Below, one piece after another: positions 46,314-55,523 of a DNA stretch of 56,676 nt; the first letter of the stretch is position 1, and the number at the start of each line of letters is the position of its first letter. Position numbers and translations under genes: made by a program. The DNA is from Sulfurimonadaceae bacterium (GTDB lineage: Bacteria; Campylobacterota; Campylobacteria; Campylobacterales; Sulfurimonadaceae), in NCBI GenBank assembly GCA_041546465.1, contig JBFEWG010000001.1, positions 1 to 56,676 on the forward strand, read 5' to 3'. The notes below the pieces were generated by a model that was not told the DNA's origin, made no database searches, and saw only the letters and a program-made list of their open reading frames with translations.

Positions 46314-47377
46314 TGCGCCGCATAATTAGCGATGATGGAGCCCATCTCAGAAGTCGAACAGACCTCTTTAGCGTCATACATACTGATGTCTTTTGTTCGA
46401 TATCCTTCACTAAGCGCTTTGGCAATCGCCGCATCAATTTTGTTTGCTGCTTTCACTTCATTGAGTGCATAACGCAACATCATCGAAGCGGAAGCTATCG
46501 TTGCAATAGGGTTGGCGATACCCTGACCTGCAATATCCGGCGCTGATCCATGGATAGGTTCATAAACACCGACTTTGCTTCCGACAGAAGCTGAAGGTAG
46601 AAGACCGATCGAACCAGAAAGCATAGAAGCTTCATCACTGAGAATATCACCGAATATGTTTCCTGTCAACATTACATCAAACTGTTTTGGATCACGAATA
46701 AGTTGCATGGCAGCATTGTCGACATACATATGAGTAAGTTGTACTTCAGGGTACTCTTTTGCAACTTCTTCGACTTCCTCACGCCACAGTTGACTTACAT
46801 CAAGGACATTCGCCTTATCAATAGAACAGACACGCTTGTCACGCTCCATAGCTGACTTAAAGGCAACATGGGCGATACGGTTGATCTCCGAACGACTATA
46901 AACCATCGTATTCCAGCCTCTGTTCTCATCACGGCCTTTCGGCTCACCAAAATAGATGCCTCCGATCAGTTCACGAACCACCATCAGGTCGACACCTTTG
47001 ATAATCTCAGGTTTTAACGAGCTTGCGTTGATGAGTTCATCATATACCATAGCAGGACGAAGGTTTGCAAAGACACCCAATTCTTTTCTAAAACGCAGTA
47101 GTCCTGATTCAGGGCGTTTTTCACGTGGAAGGTTATCCCATTTTTCACCACCGATAGCGCCAAAAAGTACAGCATCGCTTTCCATAGCAGTCGTAATGGT
47201 TTCTTGAGGTAAAGGATCTCCATGAACATCATAGGCAATCCCGCCCATAAGGACTTCTTTATATTTAAGCTCAAAACCTTCACATGAAGCGACTGCGTCC
47301 AAAACCTTTACTGCTTCATCAATAATCTCAGGACCGATACCGTCACCCTTGATAAGTGCAATTTTATATGTTGACAT
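46301..47377 (-). CDS. leuB: 3-isopropylmalate dehydrogenase
   Basis: 358 aa; [56 protein letters not shown]. Confidence 0.96.
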   Translation of the reverse strand: MSTYKIALIKGDGIGPEIIDEAVKVLDAVASCEGFELKYKEVLMGGIAYDVHGDPLPQETITTAMESDAVLFGAIGGEKWDNLPREKRPESGLLRFRKELGVFANLRPAMVYDELINASSLKPEIIKGVDLMVVRELIGGIYFGEPKGRDENRGWNTMVYSRSEINRIAHVAFKSAMERDKRVCSIDKANVLDVSQLWREEVEEVAKEYPEVQLTHMYVDNAAMQLIRDPKQFDVMLTGNIFGDILSDEASMLSGSIGLLPSASVGSKVGVYEPIHGSAPDIAGQGIANPIATIASASMMLRYALNEVKAANKIDAAIAKALSEGYRTKDISMYDAKEVCSTSEMGSIIANYAAQCKH

Positions 47378-47877
47378 TATTTAGCCTCTTCTACTTCTTT
47401 TTTTGCAAAGTTCATCAACCCGCCTGCTGCAATCAATTCCTGCATAAATGGTGGGATAGGTGTAAACTTGTATGTTTTATTTGTACTTAGATTGGTAATA
47501 GTGCCGGCATCCATGTCGATTTTGACACTTTGGCCTTCAGTAATTTCAGCACTCTCCGGTAGTTCAAAGATTGGTAGCCCCATGTTAAAGGCGTTACGAT
47601 AGAAAATACGTGCGAATGTTGGTGCAATAACAGCGGCTACACCCGCAGCCTTCAAAGCGATTGGCGCGTGCTCACGTGAAGAGCCGCAACCGAAGTTGTC
47701 ACCAGCGACAATAATATCGCCTTCTTGCATCTTATTTACAAATTCTGGGTCAGCATCTTCCATGACATGTTTGGCTAATTCTTCAGGTACAGAAGTGTTC
47801 AGGTATCTAGCGGCAATGATTAGATCCGTATCTATGTCTTTACCGAAGTTCCAGACTTTACCTTCAATAGTTTGCAT
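47377..47877 (-). CDS. leuD: 3-isopropylmalate dehydratase small subunit
   Basis: 166 aa; [18 protein letters not shown]; 1-nt overlap with leuB; no leuC adjacent. Confidence 0.93.
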   Translation of the reverse strand: MQTIEGKVWNFGKDIDTDLIIAARYLNTSVPEELAKHVMEDADPEFVNKMQEGDIIVAGDNFGCGSSREHAPIALKAAGVAAVIAPTFARIFYRNAFNMGLPIFELPESAEITEGQSVKIDMDAGTITNLSTNKTYKFTPIPPFMQELIAAGGLMNFAKKEVEEAK

Positions 47878-48024
47878 TTTAAATCCTGCATTAAGAGTAC
47901 CGAATAAACAACCTTGCTGGTTAGTATGAATAAGGACTCTTGTGTTAATTTTTTTGTGATTCTAGCTAAAGTGAGGTTTAAAAGAGTTTAAATAGAGGCT
48001 ATGATTACTTTATATTAATTAATA

Positions 48025-48042
48025 GCACCATAATCATGGTGT
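48025..48042 (-). terminator. hairpin immediately after flgG stop
   Basis: GCACCAT-aatc-ATGGTGT, 7-bp stem including one G-T pair; AT-rich tail on the minus strand. Confidence 0.3.
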
Positions 48043-48044
48043 TA

Positions 48045-48833
48045 TTAACGTTTGAGGTTGACAACAGTTTGAAGCATCTCATCAGAAGTAGTGATCGCTT
48101 TTGAGTCGGCTTCGTAAGCCCTCTGTCCGGTAATAAGTTCGGTTAGTTCAACAACAAGCTGAACATTGGAGAGCTCTACAAACCCCTGTCTTAATGGGCC
48201 GAGACCGTTAAGTCCGGGCGTGTCTTCGATTGGTACACCTGAAGCTTCCGTTTCAAGATAAAGAGTGTCACCTAAAGAGTGTAAACCGGCAGGATTGATA
48301 AAGTTGATTGTCGTGATCTGCCCTATCTGTGTTGCCTGGGTCTGTCCGGGTTGAATGACTGTGACGATGCCATCCGTTCCGATATTGATATCAGTAGCAT
48401 CATCGGGGACAACGATCTCAGGGACAAGTCTGTATCCGTCAGAGTTGACTATTGTACCGTTTTCATCAAGCTTGAAGGCACCGTTTCTTGTATAGGATTC
48501 TGTTCCGTCAGGCAGCTCGATTTTGAAAAAACCCTTTCCTGTTATAGCGATGTCAAGGTTGTTGCTTGTCTGTTTCAGATTACCCTCAGTGAAAATCTTT
48601 GTGACAGCCGTTGGGCGAACACCCAGTCCAACCTCAATACCTGTTGGTGATTTTGTGATTTGAGAAGTGCCCGTACCTGCATATTCCATCGTTTGATACA
48701 TCAAGTCGGCAAACTCGGCACGAGAAGACTTGAAACCAATAGTGTTGACATTGGCAATATTGTTGGAAGTGTTGTCAATGTGTAATTGTTGCGCCAGCAT
48801 ACCGGTTGATGCTGTATAAAGTGATCTCATCAT
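48045..48833 (-). CDS. flgG: flagellar basal-body distal rod protein FlgG
   Basis: 262 aa; MMRSLYTASTGMLAQQLHIDNTSNNIANVNTIGFK N-terminus and conserved rod C-terminal domain. Confidence 0.93.
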   Translation of the reverse strand: MMRSLYTASTGMLAQQLHIDNTSNNIANVNTIGFKSSRAEFADLMYQTMEYAGTGTSQITKSPTGIEVGLGVRPTAVTKIFTEGNLKQTSNNLDIAITGKGFFKIELPDGTESYTRNGAFKLDENGTIVNSDGYRLVPEIVVPDDATDINIGTDGIVTVIQPGQTQATQIGQITTINFINPAGLHSLGDTLYLETEASGVPIEDTPGLNGLGPLRQGFVELSNVQLVVELTELITGQRAYEADSKAITTSDEMLQTVVNLKR

Positions 48834-48851
48834 ATCTTATTCCTTATCTGA

Positions 48852-49676
48852 TTAAGCCCGTGTACTTGCAATCTTATCGATTGCTTCACGGTTCATTTCG
48901 TTCATTTGTGTATCCATTGCTTTTTGATACATGCCTACAAGACGTTGGGTTTCGATCATGCCGACCATAGAGCGGATAGCATTGACATTGCTCTTCTCTA
49001 AAAAACCTTGAGCTACAGCCCCGGATTCCTTAACAGGGTTTAGTCTGTCAGCCGGATCTGGTGTATAAAGGTTGTCCGATGCATTTTGAAGCTTATCTAT
49101 ACTTTCAGGTTCAACAATAAGGAGCTGGCTGGAGGGGATAAAAGTATTTTCCCCTGCCACCAGATATGAAAACTGACCATTCTTGTCAAGTTCGACGTTT
49201 GTTGCATCGACATTGAACTGAATAAAGTTCCCGTTTTCAAAATAATCGGCAGGGAGTACTTTATGACCTTTTTGAGTGACAAGGAAGCCTTCGTCATTCA
49301 ATGTAAAGGAACCGTCCTTGGTCAACTTTACACCTTCGGGTGTTAAGACAGCGAAGAAGAGGTTCTCCTCTTTCAAAGCCATATCAAAGGTATTTGAGGT
49401 GTGTTTGAATGCACCGACTCTCATATCCTTATATGAGTCTATTACCTGGGGAACACGTGCAAGGCTTCGATGCGTGAACTTGGCCGCTTCCTTTGTATGA
49501 TTATCCAATGGTAGTTCATCACGCTTTTCTTGATAAAGGCGTAGAAAATCACCTATCACCACATTCTCTTTTTTGTATCCATTCGTATTTACATTGGCAA
49601 GATTGTTTGTGATCATGTCCATCCGTGAGAATTGGGCAACCATCCCGCCTGCAGCAGAGTAAAATCCGTTTTGCAT
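48852..49676 (-). CDS. flgF: flagellar basal-body rod protein (FlgF / FlgG2-like)
   Basis: ATG at 49676 preceded by AAGGAG (MQNGFYSAAGGMVAQFSRMDMITNNLANVNTNGYK). The ORF-track 5' extension would run through the sigma54 promoter. Confidence 0.85.
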   Translation of the reverse strand: MQNGFYSAAGGMVAQFSRMDMITNNLANVNTNGYKKENVVIGDFLRLYQEKRDELPLDNHTKEAAKFTHRSLARVPQVIDSYKDMRVGAFKHTSNTFDMALKEENLFFAVLTPEGVKLTKDGSFTLNDEGFLVTQKGHKVLPADYFENGNFIQFNVDATNVELDKNGQFSYLVAGENTFIPSSQLLIVEPESIDKLQNASDNLYTPDPADRLNPVKESGAVAQGFLEKSNVNAIRSMVGMIETQRLVGMYQKAMDTQMNEMNREAIDKIASTRA

Positions 49677-49704
49677 CTGTGCTCCTTCATTAGTTGAATA
49701 GCAA

Positions 49705-49721
49705 AAGCAAATGCTGTTCCA
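49705..49721 (-). promoter_or_regulatory. sigma54 (RpoN) -24/-12 promoter for flgF-flgG
   Basis: minus strand reads TGGAAC-AGCA-TTTGCTT with exact GG-N10-GC spacing; the -12 GC lies about 31 nt upstream of the flgF ATG. Confidence 0.65.
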
Positions 49722-49829
49722 TGATTGAAATATGAAAAAACATGAAAACAATCCAAGAAATCACAAATCTCAAAAAACCCTAAAGAACAGGCATTTGTAG
49801 CTGATTATAGTTTTGTTTAAAAAAAGTTT

Positions 49830-49838
49830 TGGTATAAT
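49830..49838 (+). promoter_or_regulatory. extended -10 (TGgTATAAT) for rpoD
   Basis: TGGTATAAT 44 nt upstream of the rpoD TTG start, preceded by T-rich tracts. Confidence 0.4.
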
Positions 49839-49881
49839 CCAACCTTTAATTTAGATTAAACATCACCTGCAAGGAGCCTCT

Positions 49882-51741
49882 TTGTCTGCAAAAGAGCTAA
49901 ACAAGAATATAGAAGAACTCTTCTCTTCCCACACTGATGACACCTGTATTACTTATGAAGAGATCGTAGAACTTTTTGAGAAGGCGCCTACTGCCACTCA
50001 GATCAAAAACATCATTAAACATGCACAGAAATATAAAAAGTGCCTGTTCACTTCATCTGAACACGCTCAGATGCTTAATCAGCAAGAGCAGGAAGCACGT
50101 CGTGAAGCACAGAAAAAGATGCTTGAAGATGCCGACAATGAGGATTTCGATATCACCAAAGAGCGTGAACTGCTTGAATGGTCCCGTTCAGACTCACCTG
50201 TGCGTATGTATCTTCGTGAGATGGGCCAGATCCCACTGCTTACAAAAGAAGAAGAGGTTTCAATCTCCAAGCGTATAGAAAACGGTGAAAACATCATTCT
50301 TGATGCCATCTGCTCCGTACCTTACCTGATCGATTTTATTCTTGATTATAAAGAACCTCTTATCAATAGAGAGCGCCGCGTCAAAGAACTCTTCAAAAAC
50401 TTTGAAGACGAAGGTTCTGGTGACAACTCAGATGATGACAACGGTTCAGATGACGATGACAGTGATTCTGAAAAAGAGGTGAAGTTTACAGCCAAAGACA
50501 AAAAACGTGTCGATAAAGTCGTATCAAGTTTCAAAGCTTTGGAAAAAGCGAAGAAAGAGTGGGTGAAAGCTACAGACAAAGAGTTCCCTGAAGATAAAGA
50601 GGATATAGAGCATATTACGCACTTTCTTGTTGCAAGTTTTAAGAAAAAAGTCCTTAAAGAGAAACTTCTAGACCTTGGGCCGACATCAAAACTTATCAAT
50701 GAACTTGTTAAATCAATGGAGACGGCACTTCACAGTGAGGACGGTTTTGAGAAAGAGCTTAAACGTTTGGAATATAAACTGCCACTGTTTAATGATACTC
50801 TACGTAAAAACCATGCGAAACTGCTTGAGGAAATTATTGACCTTACCAAAGAGGATGTAACAGCAAGGGTCCCTGAAGCTACGATGGTTAGTACCTATAT
50901 GGAGATCAAGAAGCTGATTCAGACCAATGAGGCATCCAAAGACAGTTTTGATATGGAACCGGAAAAACTGATAGCGATTTTGGAGCAGATTAAGCGTGGT
51001 AAAGAGATCTCGGAAATCGGTAAAACACGTATGGCCAAATCCAACTTGCGTCTGGTCGTCTCTATCGCAAAACGTTATACAAACCGCGGACTGCCTTTCT
51101 TGGATCTGATTCAAGAAGGAAATATCGGCCTGATGAAAGCGGTTGACAAGTTTGAGTATAAAAAAGGATATAAGTTTTCTACTTATGCAACATGGTGGAT
51201 CAGACAGGCTATATCACGTGCCATCGCTGATCAGGCGCGCACAATCCGTATTCCTATTCATATGATTGAAACGATCAATCGTATAAACAAGATCATGCGT
51301 AAACACCTTCAGGAAGAAGGAAAAGAGCCAGATGTTGATACAATCGCTAAAGAAGTCGGACTGACTGTCGAGAAGGTTAAAAACGTTATTAAGATCACGA
51401 AAGAGCCAATCTCATTAGAGGCACCTATCGGTAATGAAGAGGATGGAAGATTTGGTGACTTCATCGAAGACAAGAACTCTATTTCACCGGCAGAGTCTAT
51501 CCTGAAAGATGACTTGAAGCTACAAATTGAAGGTGTGCTTGAACAACTTAATGAAAGAGAAAAAGCTGTTATCAAGATGCGTTTTGGAATTATGGATGAT
51601 GAAAGTGACCGCACTCTCGAGGAGATCGGAAAAGAGCTTAATGTCACTCGTGAGCGTGTACGTCAGATTGAATCATCAGCAATCAAAAAACTTAAACACC
51701 CTAAGGTGGGGCGTAAGCTGAAAAACTATATCGAAGAGTAA
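49882..51741 (+). CDS. rpoD: RNA polymerase primary sigma factor
   Basis: 619 aa; TTG start after AAGGAG; acidic spacer; region 2 [15 protein letters not shown]; region 4 [20 protein letters not shown]. Confidence 0.96.
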   Translation: MSAKELNKNIEELFSSHTDDTCITYEEIVELFEKAPTATQIKNIIKHAQKYKKCLFTSSEHAQMLNQQEQEARREAQKKMLEDADNEDFDITKERELLEWSRSDSPVRMYLREMGQIPLLTKEEEVSISKRIENGENIILDAICSVPYLIDFILDYKEPLINRERRVKELFKNFEDEGSGDNSDDDNGSDDDDSDSEKEVKFTAKDKKRVDKVVSSFKALEKAKKEWVKATDKEFPEDKEDIEHITHFLVASFKKKVLKEKLLDLGPTSKLINELVKSMETALHSEDGFEKELKRLEYKLPLFNDTLRKNHAKLLEEIIDLTKEDVTARVPEATMVSTYMEIKKLIQTNEASKDSFDMEPEKLIAILEQIKRGKEISEIGKTRMAKSNLRLVVSIAKRYTNRGLPFLDLIQEGNIGLMKAVDKFEYKKGYKFSTYATWWIRQAISRAIADQARTIRIPIHMIETINRINKIMRKHLQEEGKEPDVDTIAKEVGLTVEKVKNVIKITKEPISLEAPIGNEEDGRFGDFIEDKNSISPAESILKDDLKLQIEGVLEQLNEREKAVIKMRFGIMDDESDRTLEEIGKELNVTRERVRQIESSAIKKLKHPKVGRKLKNYIEE

Positions 51742-51748
51742 TTGAAAG

Positions 51749-52441
51749 ATGTCTATGAACTTTTGTGAAAAATGGATTGAGTTTGACTACAATCCATATA
51801 TACTCTTTGACAGTGACGGTAAGATCCTTACACTGAACAATGAAGCGCAGTATCTTCTTGGATACACAGATGCTGCTTCACTGTTTAAACTTGCGATCAC
51901 CTATGCCAATGCCAATACTGGGTTTAAGACAAGCTTCTTAGACCTTGAATATGGACGTTTTCGATTTTTTGCATTGATGGTCGGATATGACAATGAAGAA
52001 GAGATCGGCCTCAGACTTTTTCAGTCACCGGCTTTTCATTATTCTGAACCAAGCAGCGAAGGTGATCTTGTTAACATATATACTCTTGTTGACCTGTGTA
52101 TCAGCTCAAATTCTATTGGCAATGAAAGCCAATTCAAAAAAGACTTTGACCCGACCATACCCGACATTCGTATTGCTACTGAACGGTTCATAAAACTTCT
52201 GAATAAAGTTTATGCCATGCATAAGGGTTCTCAGGTTATTACAACTAAAATTTATTTCCGTGTCGGGGAACATATTAAGACTGAAGGCAAAAAGTTTACG
52301 CTTTTTTCTATTGAGGTCATAAGTGAGCAGATGAATCAAAATCAGATTTCAGAACTAAAAGGGCTCGCCGGCAAGATGAATATCTTTATAGACTTTAAGT
52401 TCAATTCAGCGATTTTGAATATACCACTGATTACCGATTAA
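51749..52441 (+). CDS. hypothetical protein, PAS-like N-terminus
   Basis: 230 aa; starts 7 nt after rpoD stop; N-terminal YILFDSDGKILTLNNEAQYLLGY resembles a PAS core; the C-terminal half has no intact kinase boxes. Confidence 0.5.
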   Translation: MSMNFCEKWIEFDYNPYILFDSDGKILTLNNEAQYLLGYTDAASLFKLAITYANANTGFKTSFLDLEYGRFRFFALMVGYDNEEEIGLRLFQSPAFHYSEPSSEGDLVNIYTLVDLCISSNSIGNESQFKKDFDPTIPDIRIATERFIKLLNKVYAMHKGSQVITTKIYFRVGEHIKTEGKKFTLFSIEVISEQMNQNQISELKGLAGKMNIFIDFKFNSAILNIPLITD

Positions 52442-52946
52442 ACACTTTCAATCCGATAAAAACTGCAGAAACTACACCCAATCCCAGGCCGATAAGAAAA
52501 GCCGGGATATCTAGAACATTATTATTGTTCAATCCGATAAAACTGAGGATTAAAGCGATATATGGGATGAAACGCCAAGCAGAAAACAGACCAGGTGTCG
52601 ACTTGATAGTCTTCTTCAGTGTTTCTTTGTTCTGTTTTAATCGCGCTTTTTCATCTTTGACGACCTGCGCAAGATCTGTTGGTTCATCCTCATCCTGTAT
52701 CAGTTCTTCTTCATATAAGGCATGAGGGTCTTCAATCTTTTCAAGAAGGTCATCATCAGACCCTTCTCCCGACTCCAAGCGTTTTAATATGAGTTTTCTA
52801 TACCCGTAAAAAGAACCAAAGACAATTGCCATCGAACTGAAAAAAGCGAGTTCGAAGTTTAGCAACCAGTACCAATACCCCTGCACAAATAGGACCAGAG
52901 CAAAGACAAGCTTGACTAGCAATAATCTAAGTATAAATTTACGCAT
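52431..52946 (-). CDS. membrane protein of unknown function (start uncertain, 52946-52961)
   Basis: about 170 aa; two N-terminal and two C-terminal TM helices around an acidic linker; overlaps the AtpZ-like gene stop; ORF-track 5' extension to 53171 rejected. Confidence 0.45.
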   Translation of the reverse strand: MRKFILRLLLVKLVFALVLFVQGYWYWLLNFELAFFSSMAIVFGSFYGYRKLILKRLESGEGSDDDLLEKIEDPHALYEEELIQDEDEPTDLAQVVKDEKARLKQNKETLKKTIKSTPGLFSAWRFIPYIALILSFIGLNNNNVLDIPAFLIGLGLGVVSAVFIGLKVFNR

Positions 52947-53235
52947 CATCCTCATCATCATACAGTGGTTTTTGGTCTTGATAACGCGGGTTGTTCTTTT
53001 TGAGTTCTTCAAACTCATGCATCTGTTTTTTGTAAGCTTTGTATATATTAAGAATAGCTGCTGCCACACCAATAAACACTCCGATCCATAAGACCCATTT
53101 GACATCAAACAGTCTCTGCAAACCGATACCGATACCAACACCAAGCAATACGGCAACAACGATGGAGACACCTAAAGAAAGGCTGTCAACACCTTCAATA
53201 ATAGGTTTTATTCTTGGTTTCTTCTCTTCTGCCAT
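52939..53235 (-). CDS. AtpZ/AtpI-family small membrane protein
   Basis: 98 aa; LSLGVSIVVAVLLGVGIGIGLQRLF...WIGVFIGVAAAILNIYKAYKK matches the two-helix AtpZ pattern; start overlaps hemL stop (TAATG). Confidence 0.55.
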   Translation of the reverse strand: MAEEKKPRIKPIIEGVDSLSLGVSIVVAVLLGVGIGIGLQRLFDVKWVLWIGVFIGVAAAILNIYKAYKKQMHEFEELKKNNPRYQDQKPLYDDEDDA

Positions 53236-54518
53236 TAGATTCTTGCCATCACTTTCTTGGCTGCTTCGATTGTTTGCTCAATCATCTCATCTGTTGTGGC
53301 TGTCGATATAAAACCTGTCTCATATTGTGAACAGGCAAAATAGATACCCTCTTCAAGCATCCCAGCATGAAAGGCGGCAAAGCGTTTTTCATCACTGGCA
53401 CAGGCATCATCGAAGTTTTTGACAGGCTTGTCACTGAAAAAAAAGCCGAACATGGAACCTCTAACATCCGTTTGAAGCGATATACCGTTTGCTTCGGCAG
53501 CTTCTTTCATACCTTCAAGAAGACGTTTTGCACGCTGTTCAAGAATACCAAACAAAATCGATTTGTCTTTTAGTTTGGTTATTGCTGCAAGGCCTGCAGC
53601 CATTGCAACCGGATTACCACTTAAAGTACCTGCCTGATAGACCGGCCCTTCCGGTGAAAGCATCGCCATCACCTCTTTTTTACCGCCGAAAGCACCCACT
53701 GGCATTCCTCCGCCGATGACCTTGCCCATCGTGATCAGATCCGGAACTGTTCCGGTGATATCTTCCGCACCTCTTAGTGTGGCTCGAAAGCCACTCATGA
53801 CTTCATCAAAGATCAATAAGGTACCATGTGCATCACACAGTTTTCTCAGCTCTGCCAAGAAGTCTTTATCGGCAGGTACGAGTCCCATGTTTCCTGCAAT
53901 AGGCTCGATGATAACACAGGCAATATCACTGCTTTGTTCAAAACACTTTTTGACACTGTCAATATTATTATATTTAGCCAATAAGGTATGCTTGGTAAAA
54001 TCAGCAGGAACGCCTGGAGATGAGGGGCTTCCAAATGTAACCATTCCAGAACCCGCTTGAACAAGAAGGGAGTCGCTGTGACCATGGTAGCAGCCTTCAA
54101 ACTTAACTATGTCATCTCTACCGGTATAACCACGGGCAAGCCTAATCGCACTCATAACAGCTTCGGTACCGCTACTTACAAAACGTATCTTCTCAATCGA
54201 CGGAATCAGATCAATAACCAATTTGGCAAGGTTTGTCTCTGCCAGTGTCGGTGCACCGAAACTCAAACCGTTCTTTACAGCTTCTATAACAGCATTTTCG
54301 ATCGTCTCATCTGCATGACCAAAGATTAACGGCCCCCAACTTTGTACATAGTCGATATAACGGTTGCCGTCAATATCAAGAAGATAACCGCCCTCGCCTT
54401 TTTCAATGAATATTGGCGTGCCACCAACACTTTTAAAGGCCCTGACGGGTGAGTTTACACCACCGGGGATTAGTTCTTGTGCTTCATTAAATGCATTCTG
54501 ACTTGTTTGAGTATTCAT
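53235..54518 (-). CDS. hemL: glutamate-1-semialdehyde 2,1-aminomutase
   Basis: 427 aa; [10 protein letters not shown], class III aminotransferase fold, PLP-lysine region [18 protein letters not shown]. Confidence 0.95.
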   Translation of the reverse strand: MNTQTSQNAFNEAQELIPGGVNSPVRAFKSVGGTPIFIEKGEGGYLLDIDGNRYIDYVQSWGPLIFGHADETIENAVIEAVKNGLSFGAPTLAETNLAKLVIDLIPSIEKIRFVSSGTEAVMSAIRLARGYTGRDDIVKFEGCYHGHSDSLLVQAGSGMVTFGSPSSPGVPADFTKHTLLAKYNNIDSVKKCFEQSSDIACVIIEPIAGNMGLVPADKDFLAELRKLCDAHGTLLIFDEVMSGFRATLRGAEDITGTVPDLITMGKVIGGGMPVGAFGGKKEVMAMLSPEGPVYQAGTLSGNPVAMAAGLAAITKLKDKSILFGILEQRAKRLLEGMKEAAEANGISLQTDVRGSMFGFFFSDKPVKNFDDACASDEKRFAAFHAGMLEEGIYFACSQYETGFISTATTDEMIEQTIEAAKKVMARI

Positions 54519-54658
54519 AAAGTTCCTATTGATAATAATTCAAAGAAGTATATCAAAACAGTTTTAAATGCAATTTATTCTAAGTTGATATAATGCTACA
54601 AATAAAAGCCACAAAGCCCATTTTATGGTGCTTTCGCTGTTCCCTAAAGACGATATTC

Positions 54659-55522
54659 ATGAGCAGAAGTACAGCCGCATTATTGATCGCAATCATGTTT
54701 CATATCCTGCTCTTTGTACTCTTCTTTTTCCTGCTGCATCTAAAGCCTGAAGTTACCATCGACAAGCCAAAAGAACACCGCATCAAGGTCGCTTTAAAAG
54801 AAAAGCCAAAGACATCAAAAAAATCTGCAGCGGTTGAAAACAAGCAACAACCTCTTCTTAAGGCGCCCCCGATGCCAAAAGGCAAGCAGATGAAAAAACT
54901 GCCGCAGAAGAAAACATCACAGACAAGACCGGTCACAAAATCAACGACACCACCCAAGGTAAAACAGAAAACCAAACCGATAGAAAAGCAACAAACTGTT
55001 GAAAAGAAAAAGGCGTATGTCAAGCAAGTCACTAAAAAGGTCAATAAAGACATCAATATAACAACCAAGCCCGTACAAAAGAGCGGTTTATACGCCAAAC
55101 TTTCAAAGAAACAAAAGAGTAAATCCGAACCAAAGAAAAAGATGCAGGCAGGAACACAGATCGGTAGCGACTTCAAAGAGGCCTATGGTGAGGCTTTCGG
55201 AAAACTCTCTGCCGGTGAACAGAAATATATCATTGATAATCAAGAGCGAATGCGACGGATCACGCAAGAGCAACTTAACCGTTTGGCACCTGTAAACATC
55301 CCTCGAAACCTGCATGTTAATGCTATGAATATCATCGAGTTCTATCTACATCCAAACGGAGACATCAGCGGCTTGAAAGTCATCTCTCCTTCAGGTCAAC
55401 AGATCCTGGATGATACTTCGCTTCAAACGGTAGAGTACTCTTATCATCGCTACCCTTTGCCTGAACAAAAGACATTGGTAAGATACAAAGTCGGCTACTA
55501 CCTGGGCGGCAGCAGATATTGA
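54659..55522 (+). CDS. tonB: TonB-family energy transducer
   Basis: ATG at 54659 gives an N-terminal TM helix (AALLIAIMFHILLFVLFFFLL), a Lys/Pro-rich spacer and a C-terminal TonB-like domain (FYLHPNGDISGLKVISPSGQQILDD). Confidence 0.72.
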   Translation: MSRSTAALLIAIMFHILLFVLFFFLLHLKPEVTIDKPKEHRIKVALKEKPKTSKKSAAVENKQQPLLKAPPMPKGKQMKKLPQKKTSQTRPVTKSTTPPKVKQKTKPIEKQQTVEKKKAYVKQVTKKVNKDINITTKPVQKSGLYAKLSKKQKSKSEPKKKMQAGTQIGSDFKEAYGEAFGKLSAGEQKYIIDNQERMRRITQEQLNRLAPVNIPRNLHVNAMNIIEFYLHPNGDISGLKVISPSGQQILDDTSLQTVEYSYHRYPLPEQKTLVRYKVGYYLGGSRY

Positions 55523-55523
55523 G

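Noticed and set aside
49677-49751. N-terminal extension of the flgF-like ORF
   Set aside because: AAGGAG precedes the internal ATG at 49676, rod proteins start at M..G(F/L)Y, and the extension would contain the sigma54 promoter.
50404-50470. Asp/Ser/Gly-rich low-complexity stretch inside rpoD
   Set aside because: Acidic spacers between regions 1 and 2 are normal for primary sigma factors. This is not an insertion or a repeat element.
52947-53171. 75-aa 5' extension of the membrane-protein ORF (52431..53171)
   Set aside because: It overlaps the better-supported AtpZ-like gene in another frame, and its translation is Cys/Ser-rich and non-membrane-like.
54593-54658. N-terminal extension of the tonB ORF
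   Set aside because: The Met at 54659 gives the typical short cytoplasmic tail plus TM helix. The extension has no supporting signal.
54700-55176. 158-aa ORF antisense to tonB
   Set aside because: It mirrors the Lys/Pro-rich (AAA/AAG/CCA) spacer of TonB, which gives a stop-free Phe/Leu/Gly-rich antisense frame. This is a compositional artefact.
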